In this document: positions 36,336 to 50,143 of the stretch, piece by piece
How positions within the stretch are numbered: the stretch's first letter is position 1
How the letters are laid out: each line of letters opens with the position of its first letter
Source: Octopus bimaculoides
Taxonomy: Eukaryota
Direction: 5' to 3'
DNA: 53,554 nucleotides
NCBI RefSeq assembly: GCF_001194135.2
Contig: NC_068982.1
Span: 170,527,001 to 170,580,554, forward strand
The notes under the pieces: model-generated
Seen by the model: only the letters and a program-made list of their open reading frames with translations
What the model was told of the DNA's origin: nothing
The model's database searches: none
Made by a program: the position numbers and the translations under genes

Positions 36336-37947
36336 TACAAACACATGGGTGCACACACGGGTACACACACACACGCACACACATATTCCTAGACAAGAGA
36401 AGAGAATTGACGCAGAATGTGGTTGTAGGGCGCTGAACTAAAGAAAGAGCTTAAAAATATAAACTGAAAACGTGTCAGCATACGGTAACTTGTTTAAAAT
36501 GGAAGGCAAGCAAACATGAAGGTTGAATGATGTGGCAATATTTGTGAGCATCATTGTGACTATGAGTGTGTTTATTCGAGTTAATGGATTGTTAGTAGTA
36601 TATTGATGATGAGGTGGTTGAGCTTGGGTTGTGGATTTTATAGTTAATAATATTGTGGTTGCTAGTAATATGAAGAATTTTAATGAGCTTCATTTCTAAG
36701 ATTACTTGCTGTTGATTTTTCTTAGTGATTTATTAAAATACAAATTGAGTAAAATTAACAAAACTATAGTGAGAAGAATGGTTCACGAAAAATATAAAAT
36801 GTTTAAAGGATAGCAATGCAAGCATATATGTTTAGACGTGCATACATACATATGTATATGCGTGTACCGCTATGGAAATGTATACTTGCTCCTATCTGTA
36901 CATGTGTTTATGTAAACATGTTAGAATGCCTCTGTTTCAGTGTTCATTTCTGTGATGATGTGCGTTAATGTAAGCGTACCTGTGTGTATTTATGAATCTG
37001 TAAACGAAATAAAGAAAATTAGATAAATAACGTAAAAGGGAAACTGGTAAAGGAATATAGGAAACAAAAATAAAACCTAGTTTGATAGAGAGATGAGAAA
37101 TATGCTGGAGAAAGGATAGCTTGGAAACTAATAATTGAGCTAATTAACAAGATATAAGAAGGGTTTTGCGGTAAGTAAACAGAGAAAGAGATGAATTATG
37201 TAGAGACGAAGAAAAGAATGACTGAATGAACAAAAATTGAGAAAGCCAAAACGAGTATATGTGTGTGTAATGTGTGCGGATGTATTCTTGTGTGTATGTG
37301 TGTGGTTTATTTGGAAATTCTAACATAACTGCGAAAACGAGGAAAAATATCAAGTTCGATGTATGAATATGAAAGAATAAATTGATAAAAGGTTGCGAGA
37401 GAAGAGAAGACAGTAGAAAAAAAAATTTGATGGGTGCCAGTATGAGAAAAAAACAACAGCAACAACAAAAGAAATTAGATAAAGAAAGTAAAAATAAGGA
37501 TATCTAATGACGGTGTGATAAACAAAAAATACGCAAGTGTTGTGAGGACACACAAAAAATAGAGAGTGAATGAATTTATTAAACGTCATAGAAGTAGCAA
37601 GAAAAGAAATGTGTTTTTGACTCATATCTATCTATCAGTCTTTCTGTCAATGTCTACTTATATTTACTGTCGCAATCACCTAAGACGTCTATCTTTAACA
37701 CCACGCCCATTCGATGCCACATGTAGAGAGAAGTGCCAATGTTCTTTGCATGTGTACAAATATATTTCTGTGCCTGTATTCCTGTGTCACCTGCATGCAT
37801 AGCGAAACCTTTACATGCGTTTGTGATATATATATATATATATANNNNNNNNNNGTATATATATATGTACGTATATATGTATGTATATGTATATATGTAT
37901 GTATATATGTATGTATATATATATGTATATATATGTATATATATGTA

Positions 37948-37983
<36 letters not shown>

Positions 37984-38735
37984 TATATTATGTATGTGTG
38001 TGTGTATGGTTGTTTGTTGTAGTAGTTGAAAGTGCACATATATCATTAAAAGCAAAAACAGACATATTTTTTTGTGTATGTAACAAATACTGTCACCAAG
38101 CAATCTTCTAAATGCATACACAGAAATATTTAGATCTCTCTTTGTCTTTTCCATATACTCATACACTCATACATATATAGGAAAATATTTACATTCCCAA
38201 ACACACACACACATATACATATATATACATACAGATGTGTATATGTGTATTTGTGCGTGTATGTGTGTGCGTGTGTGTATGTGCGTGTGTGTGTGTGTTT
38301 GTGTGTGTTTGCGTCTAAAGTATGCCAACGGTGAAACAGGCATTGATATAAATAGTGGTAGAACATTAAGCAGTGTCTTCATTAAGCGAAATCGCTTTCT
38401 CTTCTTACTCTGTTCTACCATTCTTTACTTTCCCCTTCATCATGTTAATTGTGCTACACGTTTGCAGACAATACTAATGGCTTCATCCAAAAGACCTTGA
38501 ACATATTTCCGCGAAAATTCCTCCATTGTAATTTATTTATTTAGTATTTATTTACTATTGAAGATTTGTGATTAATTCTATATTCCCTATATTTTTCTAT
38601 GTTTGGATAATGGCGATGGGGCGGCGGATGTGTTATCACCCATTAAATCTGTGTATGCATTTTTTGTATCTAACGTTGTTATGAGCTCATCTCATGTTAC
38701 TAGATTTCTGCTTTTGCTATGCATTCCTTTTCTCT

Positions 38736-38795
38736 TTGATATTTATTTTTTTCTCTGATATTTATTTTTTTCTCTGATATTTATTTTTTTTTACT
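38736..38795 (+). repeat. Three copies of a ~21-bp unit, tgatatttatttttttctc
   Basis: Read directly. Confidence 0.8.
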
Positions 38796-39179
38796 GTATT
38801 TGTCGATATATATTGAATCAACATACTTTTTCGCTTATTTATTTCTTCGTTTCCTTCTTTCGTTTCTATTTCATTCATTATTTTAGTCCCTGTCGCAAAA
38901 ATGATTTATTTAGTTGTTTACTATGCTGCATTCATTCATATTTTATTCATTTATTTTATTTAGACATTCTAGTACACATTCAAACAGGTGTATTTGTAAG
39001 CATATATCTCTATATAATAATGGCCTACATAATTACTGATCGGTGTGTAGGATTACATCATAAAAGGAGAAAGGGAAGGAGAGAGAGAGCGAGTGAGACT
39101 AAAAATGAAAGACAGACAAAGAGAAAGAGTTAACTAAGAATTGAAGTCGAAGAGAGGAAAGCTGTAAAAAACACGTGCC

Positions 39180-41165
39180 AAAGGGAGAGAGGGCGCTATT
39201 ACTCTTAAGGGCACTACCTTGCCGTGGTAAGAGGGCTTCCACCTGTGGATGGAGCTGAAGCGGTCCTACTACATTCCGTTAACCAAAAGCGTCCAGGATT
39301 TCTCAAAGCGCGCAACCGTACCACAGTAAGGGACTAGATTTAATACTGAGACGATACGACAGGGCCGCTACTGTCGCGTCATTTCATCCATACGTGTGGC
39401 TGATTATCGGAATGGCAGTGCCTGCAGCCCGAGATCCGTGGCCCTTCTGACAGATGCTATCATTTCTGGGTGATCTAATCTCGAGTCCGGGTGCTGCGCT
39501 CAGTTCTAGGTTCCCTGCGTATGCTCGAAATTGGACGAGTGGGCTGTCCACGCTCATCCGATCCACTTTTCAGATAACAGGAGTTGTCCTGACAGATTCT
39601 ATTATGCTCGGTTGATTCTTGCTTGTGAGGGGACACACGATCGACAGAACCCGTGCCGGCGAGGATCGCACCCGTTGCTGATGAATGGAACAAGGCCGAA
39701 GGGCGATCATCACATGCACCCCTGTGTGTCATCGTTCTCATCGGTTGGATACCTGAATGTTTCAATAGCGTTCCCCAGTAGGTGCAACCATAGTCAAAAG
39801 GCCTGTTTTAATGCTATTTAGCTCTTGAATGTATTCAGTGAATCAAAAGAACCCAATGGCAATGCAGGTGGAAAAGCGTCTTCATGCTTGGTAAGTGCTC
39901 TAAGTTCTATCGGGAAGTGGGGCTGGAAGTTAATGCACCTGGTTCTCCGTAAAAAAGCTGAAGGAAGCCCTTTCTTGTCAAAATGGATACCCCACAGACG
40001 ATCGAGGGTATCCCACTCAAGAATGTCGAGCGGGGAGACACAAGGTTTCCTATCGACGAAACGTGATCAACTCATGGTCGACTCGAGAAGTTTCATAGAA
40101 GTGTGTCGCAATGTGCTCTTCTGAAACACCGCCAAAGGTTCCATCTTCTCTGCTAGTATTACCTGCTTAGGCTGTGCTACAGACGATGCCTAACTGGGAA
40201 ATACTCAAGAGAATTGCCTGGTGCAAGAAGTTGAGGCAATGATGATCATTGGGATCTGGGACAGAGCGTTTAGGAAAAGATGTACGCAAAACATGTTGCG
40301 ATACTGACCGCCCACAGAAGTCAGATCACACGAAGCGTAGGTACCGCGGATATCATCTAGTGCAGTGGTTTGCTTCGTTGCTTCCCGTTGGCAACAGAGA
40401 AGGATGCGTCATGAGCGTAGATACATCGCGCTACCAACAGAAGACAGCTAAACAAAAATGAAGCGCCAGAGACGTAAGTAACATCATACTGCGAGCAGGG
40501 AGATAGAATGCATGTAGGCCGTTTATACCATCCCCATCAGCCGTGTGATCGTTTTTTTCGTGTGTGCTTCGAGTGAACAGCTTTTCTGAGAAAGATGGCT
40601 GGATGCTCCCCCCATCAGTGCGGAGCCAGTCATCGTGCTTTGGGTAAACCGAACCACATGGTACTCTGCATCCTTAACGCAGGGCTAGGGGTTAGCTACG
40701 GCTGGATGCTTTCCTCAATACAAAGTAATACCATGTGCTTCGGGTAAACCGAACTACGGAGTTTACGGCGACCCTAACGCAGAGCTGGAAGCCGGCTATG
40801 GTTGGATGCCTCACCCAGTCGAGAACCGACCCTTCTCCGATCCCAAGAACACCGGCACCATGAAATACCGGGTGTTGAAAAATACTCACGTGTTCTCCGC
40901 GTATGTCGGTTTAGGTCGTCCACTGGATAGGTGAAGAGTTTTGTGGAGAGTCCTTTGCTCCCTTAGGGTCCGAGAGTCGTTGAATCCTGCGGTCTACTCC
41001 CCTGGTGAAGTGCCGGTCCATCCGGGCATATGATGCCCGCCTCGTGGGGTACCCATTTTGTCTTATCCTCAGTAGGGAGGGGAGTCTTTTCAGACAATGA
41101 GTAGGGATGATGTACGTCCGTGTCACGCGCGTTAGTGTCGACGAGAGCGTGGAACCTCCCTCGTT
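39180..41165. mobile_element. ~2-kb GC-rich, CpG-rich insert; probably a decayed retroelement, class unresolved
   Basis: Sharp compositional boundaries against AT-rich flanks and no long ORF. The minus strand carries only weak, broken motifs: LSP...IYAHD (possible YADD relic, ~40410) and CRSC...ESTEH and CRHC...PHV (possible CCHC relics, ~39640 and ~39420). Confidence 0.45.
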
Positions 41166-41312
41166 ACTACAAGATTAAAATAAGAAAACTGATTGTGGAA
41201 CAAGCACATAGACGCCTAATGCATGACACATGCTCACACAAACACTCGAACACACATGTACACACACACACACGTTTATATGCGCAAATATATACGTAAA
41301 CACACACATATA

Positions 41313-41354
<42 letters not shown>

Positions 41355-41723
41355 CACATACACACACGCTCATACAAACATGTACACATACATTAAATTT
41401 CCACGTGACATGGATTTTAAGACTCGCTCACTGGATTTTATTCAATCCGCTAAATCTTGAAGACTAATTCAACACAAAATGTACAATTAAATTGACTTCA
41501 TTCTCAGAACTGTGTCAACTAATTTATAAATGTTGTTATTTCTAAAATAGCTTCAAATTCACATTAGTTCAATACACACGCGTACACACACGAAACCCTG
41601 CATGTTCTTATCTGAATTAAATGGAATAAATATTAATTAAGATATTCTATTCCATTAAAACATGCATAGAGGCGCACGAAGAAACTTCTCTGTATGCATT
41701 TTAGTAATAAGATTAAGATATAT

Positions 41724-41787
<64 letters not shown>

Positions 41788-42461
41788 TCACACACACACG
41801 CATACACACACACACCTAGAAATACATATTGTCTAACCTTGTGTAGAATTAAAACTGTATGAGGTAAATCCATATTAACAAAATACATATGCATGTTATG
41901 AGGGGAATCAAAATTGTATTACTGTTGAAAATAGTCTCGTTTATGTTTATAATTGTATATTGTTACTCCAAATATGAGAATGTCTGCTTTTAGGATTTGT
42001 ACACTGTATTCTTGATGACAGTATAATATAAATACTTAACAGTACACTGTATATTAAGGCAGAATTCTTCGAGATAGAAAAATCAATTTCAATAACCTCT
42101 ATATAAATTCTGTCACCACTTCATTTGGTTATCCATACTTTGAAATTCTGACTCGTTTCGAATATACACTCGGGTTGCAATTACTATATTTCTCGATCAT
42201 TAATTCTTTTTGTCATGTAATAGTATATACCTTCAATCACACAATCTAGGATCCAACCACAATTGATTTCACTTTCATAATTGTCCGTTGCGATTCATTC
42301 AAGAAGCAGTTCATCGCATTTTAGCTGACATCCATTTATTCAGTTATGTTATTTCTCTGATGTACCAATTCATATTCATGTATGCATATCTACTATCGTT
42401 AGTTAGTGATTTTTTTTCTTAAAAGCAGTTTAGTTAAGCATACATACAAACACACACTGAC

Positions 42462-42506
<45 letters not shown>

Positions 42507-45113
42507 AATTTATATGCGTCTATACTTATGTGTATGTGTTTGTGTGTCTGTATGTGTCTGTGTGTCTGTGTGTATATGTGTGAATGTGTGTGCGTGTGCG
42601 TGCGTGTGTGTTTGCACATATTTAAGCGGCAAGAACGTCAGACCGTTAGTAAAAATGTCTTGAATTATTTAGTTTTGTTATTTTACATACCGATATTTTT
42701 TATCGCGCAGAAGTCGATTTTGCCTTTCATTCTTCCAGGATTTATGAAATCATATCCGACTTATTAATTAAATACTTTCCCAAATATGTTTGGCCTTATA
42801 CCGATGATAGATATTATTTGTATAAGGGTTTAATCATTCTCTTCTTTCCGATTCATTCGAAGTCATTAGATAATTCATTAAACGTACCATTCATTCATAC
42901 ATCCATATTGTCCTTGATTTCAACTGTTAATTTTATTTGAGAGCGACAGCTTTCAAGCAATTTTATCCACTTGTGCCTCATAACCGACTAAAACTTAGAA
43001 TATGTGAATCGATCTTAGAACATGTGCTGTTCGATCTTGTTTTTCTTATCTAGTTAATGAACATTATATGGAGCTGGTGCTTCTTATTGTGTCAGCGAAG
43101 TACTGGTTAGTCTATTTAGTTGTAAAAGATAACATCGACATATTGCCATAGGTCCGGTCTTACGTCAGAAAAATTTTGCCAACTTCTCATCTCATTCGAC
43201 TTATCTACATATTGCTTCAATACAGAGGTAATCGAATGCTAGGTTTGTTTTTCGTACAATTTTATTTAGCATAATAAACCTAAAACCCAGAGGACCTAGT
43301 AACTGGTGATGGCTTTCATGAAAAAGAAAAAAGAGTAGTGAAGTTTATGAGTTAGAGTTAGATCATATATCTTGGATATAAAGATAAAAGTGATATATTG
43401 CTTATGAAAATGACACTGCATGTTATATTTTCTTTTAGCCACTGCTATCATCATATTAATTTCAAAGATGTTTACCTTTAGTTCGTAGACCACACAATTT
43501 TGGCAAGAGTACAGACAACCGTGCAAAATTACTAATTTATCAAGCCCTGATAGATGAAATACAAAACCGTCCAGGGAACAACGAAATCCATTTTTTCCTG
43601 TACCGTCCGATTCGATGAATTTGCTGTCGTTTATTATAATTTTTCAACTCTGATTCCTGATTCATGGATAAATTTTATATTTTTCACTTATATTTCTATT
43701 TATTTAAAAAAAAAATTAACACAAAACAAATAGCTTCGCTTAATTCTCTTCTATTTGTTTCATTAAATTGATAATAGCTGGTGGTACACTTAATTCCTTG
43801 TGCCGTTACGGTCACACATTGATCTTTGACAGCTTTTACAGCTACCGTAATACAAGCATCTCTAACGAAGACATTTATGTGAAAATGACTTAATGTCTAG
43901 TTATTCTGCTTCCTAGTACAGCAATTCAAGAGTTGTTGCCACTTTCACTCCTATTCCACCTGATGCATTGCGAGAAGATTTTTCTGAAATCCGTGGTTTC
44001 TGCTCTTCTCCTGTGACAAAATAAAACATATAAAATATGCGTTTATTTAATAACTTTTCTATTAGTTTATTAATAAATTTATTTCTTCATTCACTGCTTC
44101 AGAAAGAAAAATATCATTAATTTTTTAATTCGATCTTGCATTTGCACCCACAGACTTTTTTGTATTTATTTCATATATTTCTTTACATTATATATTTCGT
44201 TATTTTATAATTATTTATTCTATTGTTTCATTTTGAAATATTTCCCACCTTAATCTATTTTCTATAATACTATTTTCGACTATATATTCATACATAAAGT
44301 GGTAACATATTTAATACAATATTAGTGATCACTAACATATTTGATGAAGTTAGGCAAGCAGTGTTAATTAATTACAAGAAAACCCGTGCTAAGGAGAAAA
44401 AAATCATAAACTAAATTATTAATTCTGATCAAGAAATGTTGGGTAGAAAACACACGAATTAAAATTAATTAATATTAATTAAAAATAGAATGCAGTGTCT
44501 CATATATTTCTGTCATTACTATGACAGCTCTGGACATATTTCAGTGTTTAATATCTTTAATTTGTGTTCATATAAAATACATACACTCACCCAGATATGG
44601 TGCCCAACCTTTTGATTAATCAATGTTCATTGTCGTATTGTTCTCTTAATATTTGTTATGTATTTCTTTGCTCCAAGCACTCACGCGAGTGCAGGCGTGA
44701 ACACATTCAACATGTACTTGTGTCTGTGTGTGTGTGTGCACGTGTGTAAATATATATAAACGAAGCTATATGCGTACAAATATTCATACATGCCTATGCC
44801 CACACTCACGAATGCAGCACTACACGCTTACATAGACACACATACACTCACACATAATCGATGGAGTTTAAGGTATACTAAGATCAACTACATCTAAAAA
44901 TGAAGGTTAAGTGTCTCGTTAACACCGCCAGTCTCATCCGAGACCGGAATTCTGCAGATTAGCGAAGAACTGAATAGATATTGTATTTAGATAAATTTAA
45001 TTGCGTTGGATTTGATACGGAAGAATTTCGATTGTATGTGATATGGTGTTAATCATTGATGCTGGTGGTCTCTTGTTTGCACATTTTAATCTGTTAATAT
45101 ACATCTATATTAA

Positions 45114-45320
45114 GGCGGCGAGCTGGCATGCCGGGTGAACTGCTTAGCGGTATTTCGTCTGTCTTTACGTTCTGAGTTCAAATTCCACCGAGGTCGACTT
45201 TGCCTTTCATCCTTTAGGAGTCGATAAATTAAGTACCAGTTGCGTACTGGGGTCGATCTAATCAACTGCCCGCCCCCATTCTCCAAATATTTCGGGCCTT
45301 ATGCCTAGAGTAGAAAAGAA
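45114..45320 (+). mobile_element. SINE family A, full length (3' tail type 1)
   Basis: ggcggcgagctggca...gagttcaaattccaccgagg (B box), central gtcgactttgcctttcatccttt..gtcgataaattaagtaccag, tail gcctagagtagaaaagaa. Confidence 0.88.
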
Positions 45321-45337
45321 GATACATACATATATAG

Positions 45338-45511
45338 GGCAGCGAGCTGGCAAATCGTTTCTACGTTCTGAGTTCAATCTTCGCCGAGGACGAATTTGCA
45401 TTTTGAACCTTTCGAGTTCAATAAAATAAATACCAGCTGAGCACTGGGGTCGATGTAATCAACTTATCTCCTCCCTCGAAATTGCTCACTTTGTACCAAA
45501 TATTGAAATCA
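45338..45511 (+). mobile_element. SINE family A with internal deletion (3' tail type 2)
   Basis: Same head and core; the 3' end cctcgaaattgctcactttgtaccaaatattgaaatca matches the tail type at 32088 and 16026. Confidence 0.75.
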
Positions 45512-45604
45512 GTATGGACTTATATGTATATACTAAAGCGTGCATGAGTGATTCTTCGTTATTTTGAACAACCAAGATTATTTTATAATAATTGTTTATT
45601 TAGT

Positions 45605-45770
45605 GAATCAGAATCAGAATCAGAATTGTACAGCATTGCTGACAAAGGTCTTTAAACCCCTGTATTATCAATGGCATCTTTTGGATCGTCCATAGTTCAT
45701 CCAGTGTCGTCAGCCATTGATTTCATGAAAACTTTTGCTGCTCTATCTCTTGTCCGTTTACTACGAGAAA
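45605..45770 (-). mobile_element. Possible 3' end of another LINE with a (GATTCT)n tail
   Basis: gaatca x3 plus gaat at 45605-45626; the minus strand upstream reads ...WLTTLDELW..., reminiscent of LINE C-termini. Confidence 0.35.
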
Positions 45771-46681
45771 TTTACCACAGAATAAATTGATTTATTAGCA
45801 TATTTAATATTGTCCCTATATTAGGCACTATCTTGTGTTTCTCTATTTCGCTTCACATTTTTGTGTTGGGTTATGTCCATGTAAATACATACATACATAC
45901 ATACGTACATACATACATACATACATACATGGATGCATACATACATTCATGTATACTTATTTCGTCAAACAGCAAACGAAGAAAAAGAAAAGCAATAAAG
46001 AATGGAATGATTTGAACTCTGGTGCTAAATGATATTAAAAGCTACAGTCTAATATTTCTGTCACTCCTCAATTTTTTATCCCAATTACAATGCAGAATGG
46101 TAAATAAAACTGCCTAGTGAATGGTGTAAATAGTAAACATAGAAAAATGAATACAAAACCAGAGACAGAACGTGGAAAATTGAATGAAACGAAGAACGAG
46201 AGCGTGGGGAAAAATGGAAATAGAGAGAGACAGAGAAAGAGAAAGTGGGAAAGAGAGCGAGAAAGAAGATGAAAGCGTGAAAGAAATTGGAAGAGGATAA
46301 AAGAAATAAAAATATGCAGAGCAAGAAACTGTTTATTTATGATTCCATGTTATTCGCCAATCCATCAAAATATGTTGATGGATTGGCACATTAAAGGGGA
46401 AAATAACGAAAGCAAAATAGTCTCTTTTTTTTATTTCTAGAATGTCTTTCAGAGGAAAAAAAAATAATACAGACTTGAACACACACACACACACACTTAA
46501 ACGCATGCGCGCACCCACACACACATACACACACACACACGCAAAACAGCTTGCACATATACACACATACACATACATGTACATGTATACAGAATGCACA
46601 TGTGGAATATATATATATTTATACATTTACACGCATATACATACAAACACACACAAACACTCGCACTCACAAACGCTCACA

Positions 46682-46718
<37 letters not shown>

Positions 46719-48779
46719 NNNNNNNNNNNNNNNNNNNNNNNNNNNNNNNNNNNNNNNNNNNNNNNNNNNNNNNNNNNNNNNNNNNNNNNNNNNNNNNNNN
46801 NNNNNNNNNNNNNNNNNNNNNNNNNNNNNNNNNNNNNNNNNNNNNNNNNNNNNNNNNNNNNNNNNNNNNNNNNNNNNNNNNNNNNNNNNNNNNNNNNNNN
46901 NNNNNNNNNNNNNNNNNNNNNNNNNNNNNNNNNNNNNNNNNNNNNNNNNNNNNNNNNNNNNNNNNNNNNNNNNNNNNNNNNNNNNNNNNNNNNNNNNNNN
47001 NNNNNNNNNNNNNNNNNNNNNNNNNNNNNNNNNNNNNNNNNNNNNNNNNNNNNNNNNNNNNNNNNNNNNNNNNNNNNNNNNNATATACAAACACACACAA
47101 ATATATATATATATATATATGTGCATAATACAACTATAATAACCATTTTTTAATACAACAAAGGTTACACAAATCTTTACATCTTATTTTAATAAACTTT
47201 TTAAAAAAATTGAAACCCGTTAAAAGTCAATAAACATCTTTAAAAGACCTGAGCATTTTCAAATCCTCTTTCCTATATATTTTCACTCGTGCAGTACCTT
47301 CCAAGTTTACTTTGTTGTGTATATATATATATATATATATACATAAATTCCTTTCCGTCTCTTCGCCACTCTCCGGATTACATTACTCTTCTTTTAAATA
47401 TATACACCCATATCTATAGATACACATATACAGACGGGAGGGGGTGGGGTGCGTTGTATGTATTTAGGTGTGTCTGGATACTTACGTAATTATGAATATG
47501 TGTATTCATATACGTGCGTGGATAAGTGTATGTTATTACTTACAGACATGTGTGTGTGTGTGTGTGTGTTTATGTAAATTGCTGATTAGGTTAAGGTGCA
47601 TATCATTTCATATATAGAACCTGACATATATTTGAATGCGGCAAAATATGGCACATCAAATGGCAACTACAGAAATATTTTTCACTGACTTTCTAAGACA
47701 CTTATGTCTCAGTGATACACGAAGTGCTCCCGTCGTCTTTTTATCAATATACCACCCACTCGTGATTTCAACAACTGCCTTGTTGTTTCAATTGCAGGTG
47801 ATGAGATAAATACTTGCCGAAAGATCTAGATATCCCTAGTAAGAATCCCATATTCAAAATATGAATATTAACCTCGTATTCATTTCCTATATTGAAACTC
47901 ATTCTTTCAGTTTGTTAATTCGCTTAGACATGAAGTTATGTAAATGACTTGTATTGCGTTGATATGAAAGTGACTTGAGATTATACCAGGTTATTATTAC
48001 TATAATTTAATAATTAAAGGTAGGTTTTTATGTGTTCTACTATCACAAGGTTATGTGGATATACTAGAGTCAACTATGTTAATGAAACTTGCATATAAAA
48101 TGTTCTTTATAAATGAAGCCTGTGCTTGCTGCTTAGCTCCTGGAAAGCGTTCATGCTTGAAATGTTTGATCAAAGGTATTCGTGTAATTCGTATAGACTT
48201 GAACAGCTATGCAATATATATATTTTATCCAGAGTTCTGTTATCCAATGTGGTTTTACTTCATCAAACAGTAAACTGAAATGCATTTTATATCTAGCTGA
48301 AAATTTAATCTACCACCCATAGAAGAACGAAAGTTTTAAGTGATTAGGTGGCGATTTGAGCTCAGAGCGAAGAGAGGTGAAAGAAAATAGGGAAATGGTT
48401 TTCGTCCAATATTCAAATAATTCTTTATGAGCAAAAGAGATGGGTTGATATTGGCGCAGCCAGTTTTTGATCAAAGGTCTGCTTGATCAGAGCTGGCCCG
48501 ATGATAAACTGCTACCGAAAAATACAAAAAAAACAAGAAGAAAAACCACAAAACAAACACATAAAATGATGTTCTGTACTTCTATTAATGCAATTTACAT
48601 TAGTAGGTCTGTGTAAACTAAAAGTGTTCAATGTGTATATTTGATTCGGTAATATCTTCTTTTGGATACGAGATCTCATACGCGCTGTGTATGTATGCAC
48701 ATGAGTTTTTACTTTTGTTTCTGTACATCTACTATGGAGTTTGTTTCAGTTAATATATGGATACGTATTACACTTGTTC

Positions 48780-49044
48780 CTCGCCATATCGCAGTTTATC
48801 TCTCGCTGTTCACTTATCGCTGTTCACCTATCGCTCTTCACCTATTGCGATTTATTATTTAAGCCTCCGTCGATTCTTCCGTGGTGTTGCTTTGCATTTA
48901 TGATAAAATAGATATATACAAATTATAAAACTATAAAAAAAAATATATAGTACAGAACTGTTTCTACTTTGCGGATTTTTACCTATCGCTCAGGAATGTG
49001 TGCGTTTGGAACATAACATCCGTGATAGTCGAAGGTTTACTGTA
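48780..49044. mobile_element. pogo/Tigger-like MITE remnant
   Basis: The right end in reverse complement is TA-CAGTAAACCTTCGACTATCACGG, a Tigger-type TIR with TA target. Internal tatcgc..ttcac repeats are present; the left TIR is not clearly retained. Confidence 0.45.
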
Positions 49045-49069
49045 TATATATATGTAGTTATAAATAATA

Positions 49070-49260
49070 TTTATTTGTTTCGCCATTGGACTGTGTACGT
49101 ATTGGGGCACGGCCCTGAAAGTTTTTAGTGGATGAAACCGTCTCAAGTACTTTTAAAATTTTGTTATTCACGCCATCGAACTCGTTCGCCAGACTCCCAT
49201 GTTACCGCGAAAAAAAACAAAACAATGGTCAAGCGATGTAGGGACAAACGTAAAGACACA
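49070..49260 (-). mobile_element. Degenerate 3' half of SINE family B
   Basis: ttgtttcgccattggactg...ggtcaagcgatgtagggacaaac is colinear with 50901-51028 and with the reverse complement of 11688-11900. Confidence 0.5.
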
Positions 49261-49298
49261 TATGAAGATACACGCAAATGCACACACATACTGACACG

Positions 49299-49330
<32 letters not shown>

Positions 49331-49937
49331 CATACACACACGTACACGTATATATTGTATAAATAAACATATACAAACGTATATATATGCATAGGTATTT
49401 GTGTGTGTGCGTGTTTGTTTCTGTATGCGCATGAGTGTGTAAATGCGTATAGATATTATTACTGTTTGGATTAATTTATGCCTCTTTCATTATGCGCAGA
49501 AGCTTTTGAGTATATCTGGAAGAGTTCGTGTATTATTTACTGCATCAATTTTTACATGCTTAAGTGTTTACGTATATACATATACTTCGACAGGTGTGCT
49601 CGTGTTTGTACGCCCGTACAGATGTACAGGTGCATGTTTCTGCTTCTCTGTGTGTCTCTGTGCATATTTTTTTAACGACTTAAAAATTTGGTATGTCATA
49701 AATATGTTTTGTAGCACAGTGTTCTGAAACGTATGTACAAATGTTCTTCACAGACGCATACAAATTCATTCACATACCCGTTGAAAAACACACACGCACG
49801 TTCACGTTGACATTCACACTGGCCATCACATCAACACATGCATATACACACATTGCTATATACAGACAGTACATTACACTATCTCAGTTCCCTCTACCTC
49901 ACCTCTCACTCTTTTTTTTACAATATATGCGTAGGGT

Positions 49938-50143
49938 AAGGCGGCGAGCTGGCAGAAACCTTAGCACGCCGGGCGAAATGCTTAGCAGTATTTCATCTGC
50001 CGTTACGTTCTGAGTTCAAATTCCGCCGAGGTCGACTTTGCCTTTCATCCTTTCGGGGTCGATTAAGTAAGTACCAGCTGCATACTGGGGATCGATCTAA
50101 TCGACTAGCGTTCTCTCCAAAAGTTTCGGGCTTTGAAAAGAAG
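49938..50143 (+). mobile_element. SINE family A, full length, with a 16-bp imperfect target-site duplication
   Basis: Intact head and B box (gagttcaaattccgccgagg). Flanks aatatatgcgtagggt (49922-49937) and aatatatgcacagggt (50144-50159) match at 14/16. Confidence 0.9.

Noticed and set aside
41120-41170. HDV-like L3 motif (minus strand CG-CTCTCGT-CG) at the edge of the GC-rich insert
   Set aside because: P1 and P2 partners could not be placed in the required order without several mismatches.
45114-45190. tRNA gene-like A/B boxes
   Set aside because: No cloverleaf; these are SINE heads present in many diverged copies.
47798-47838. ttgcAG...GTaag exon-like segment
   Set aside because: Stop codons in all three frames; no other support.
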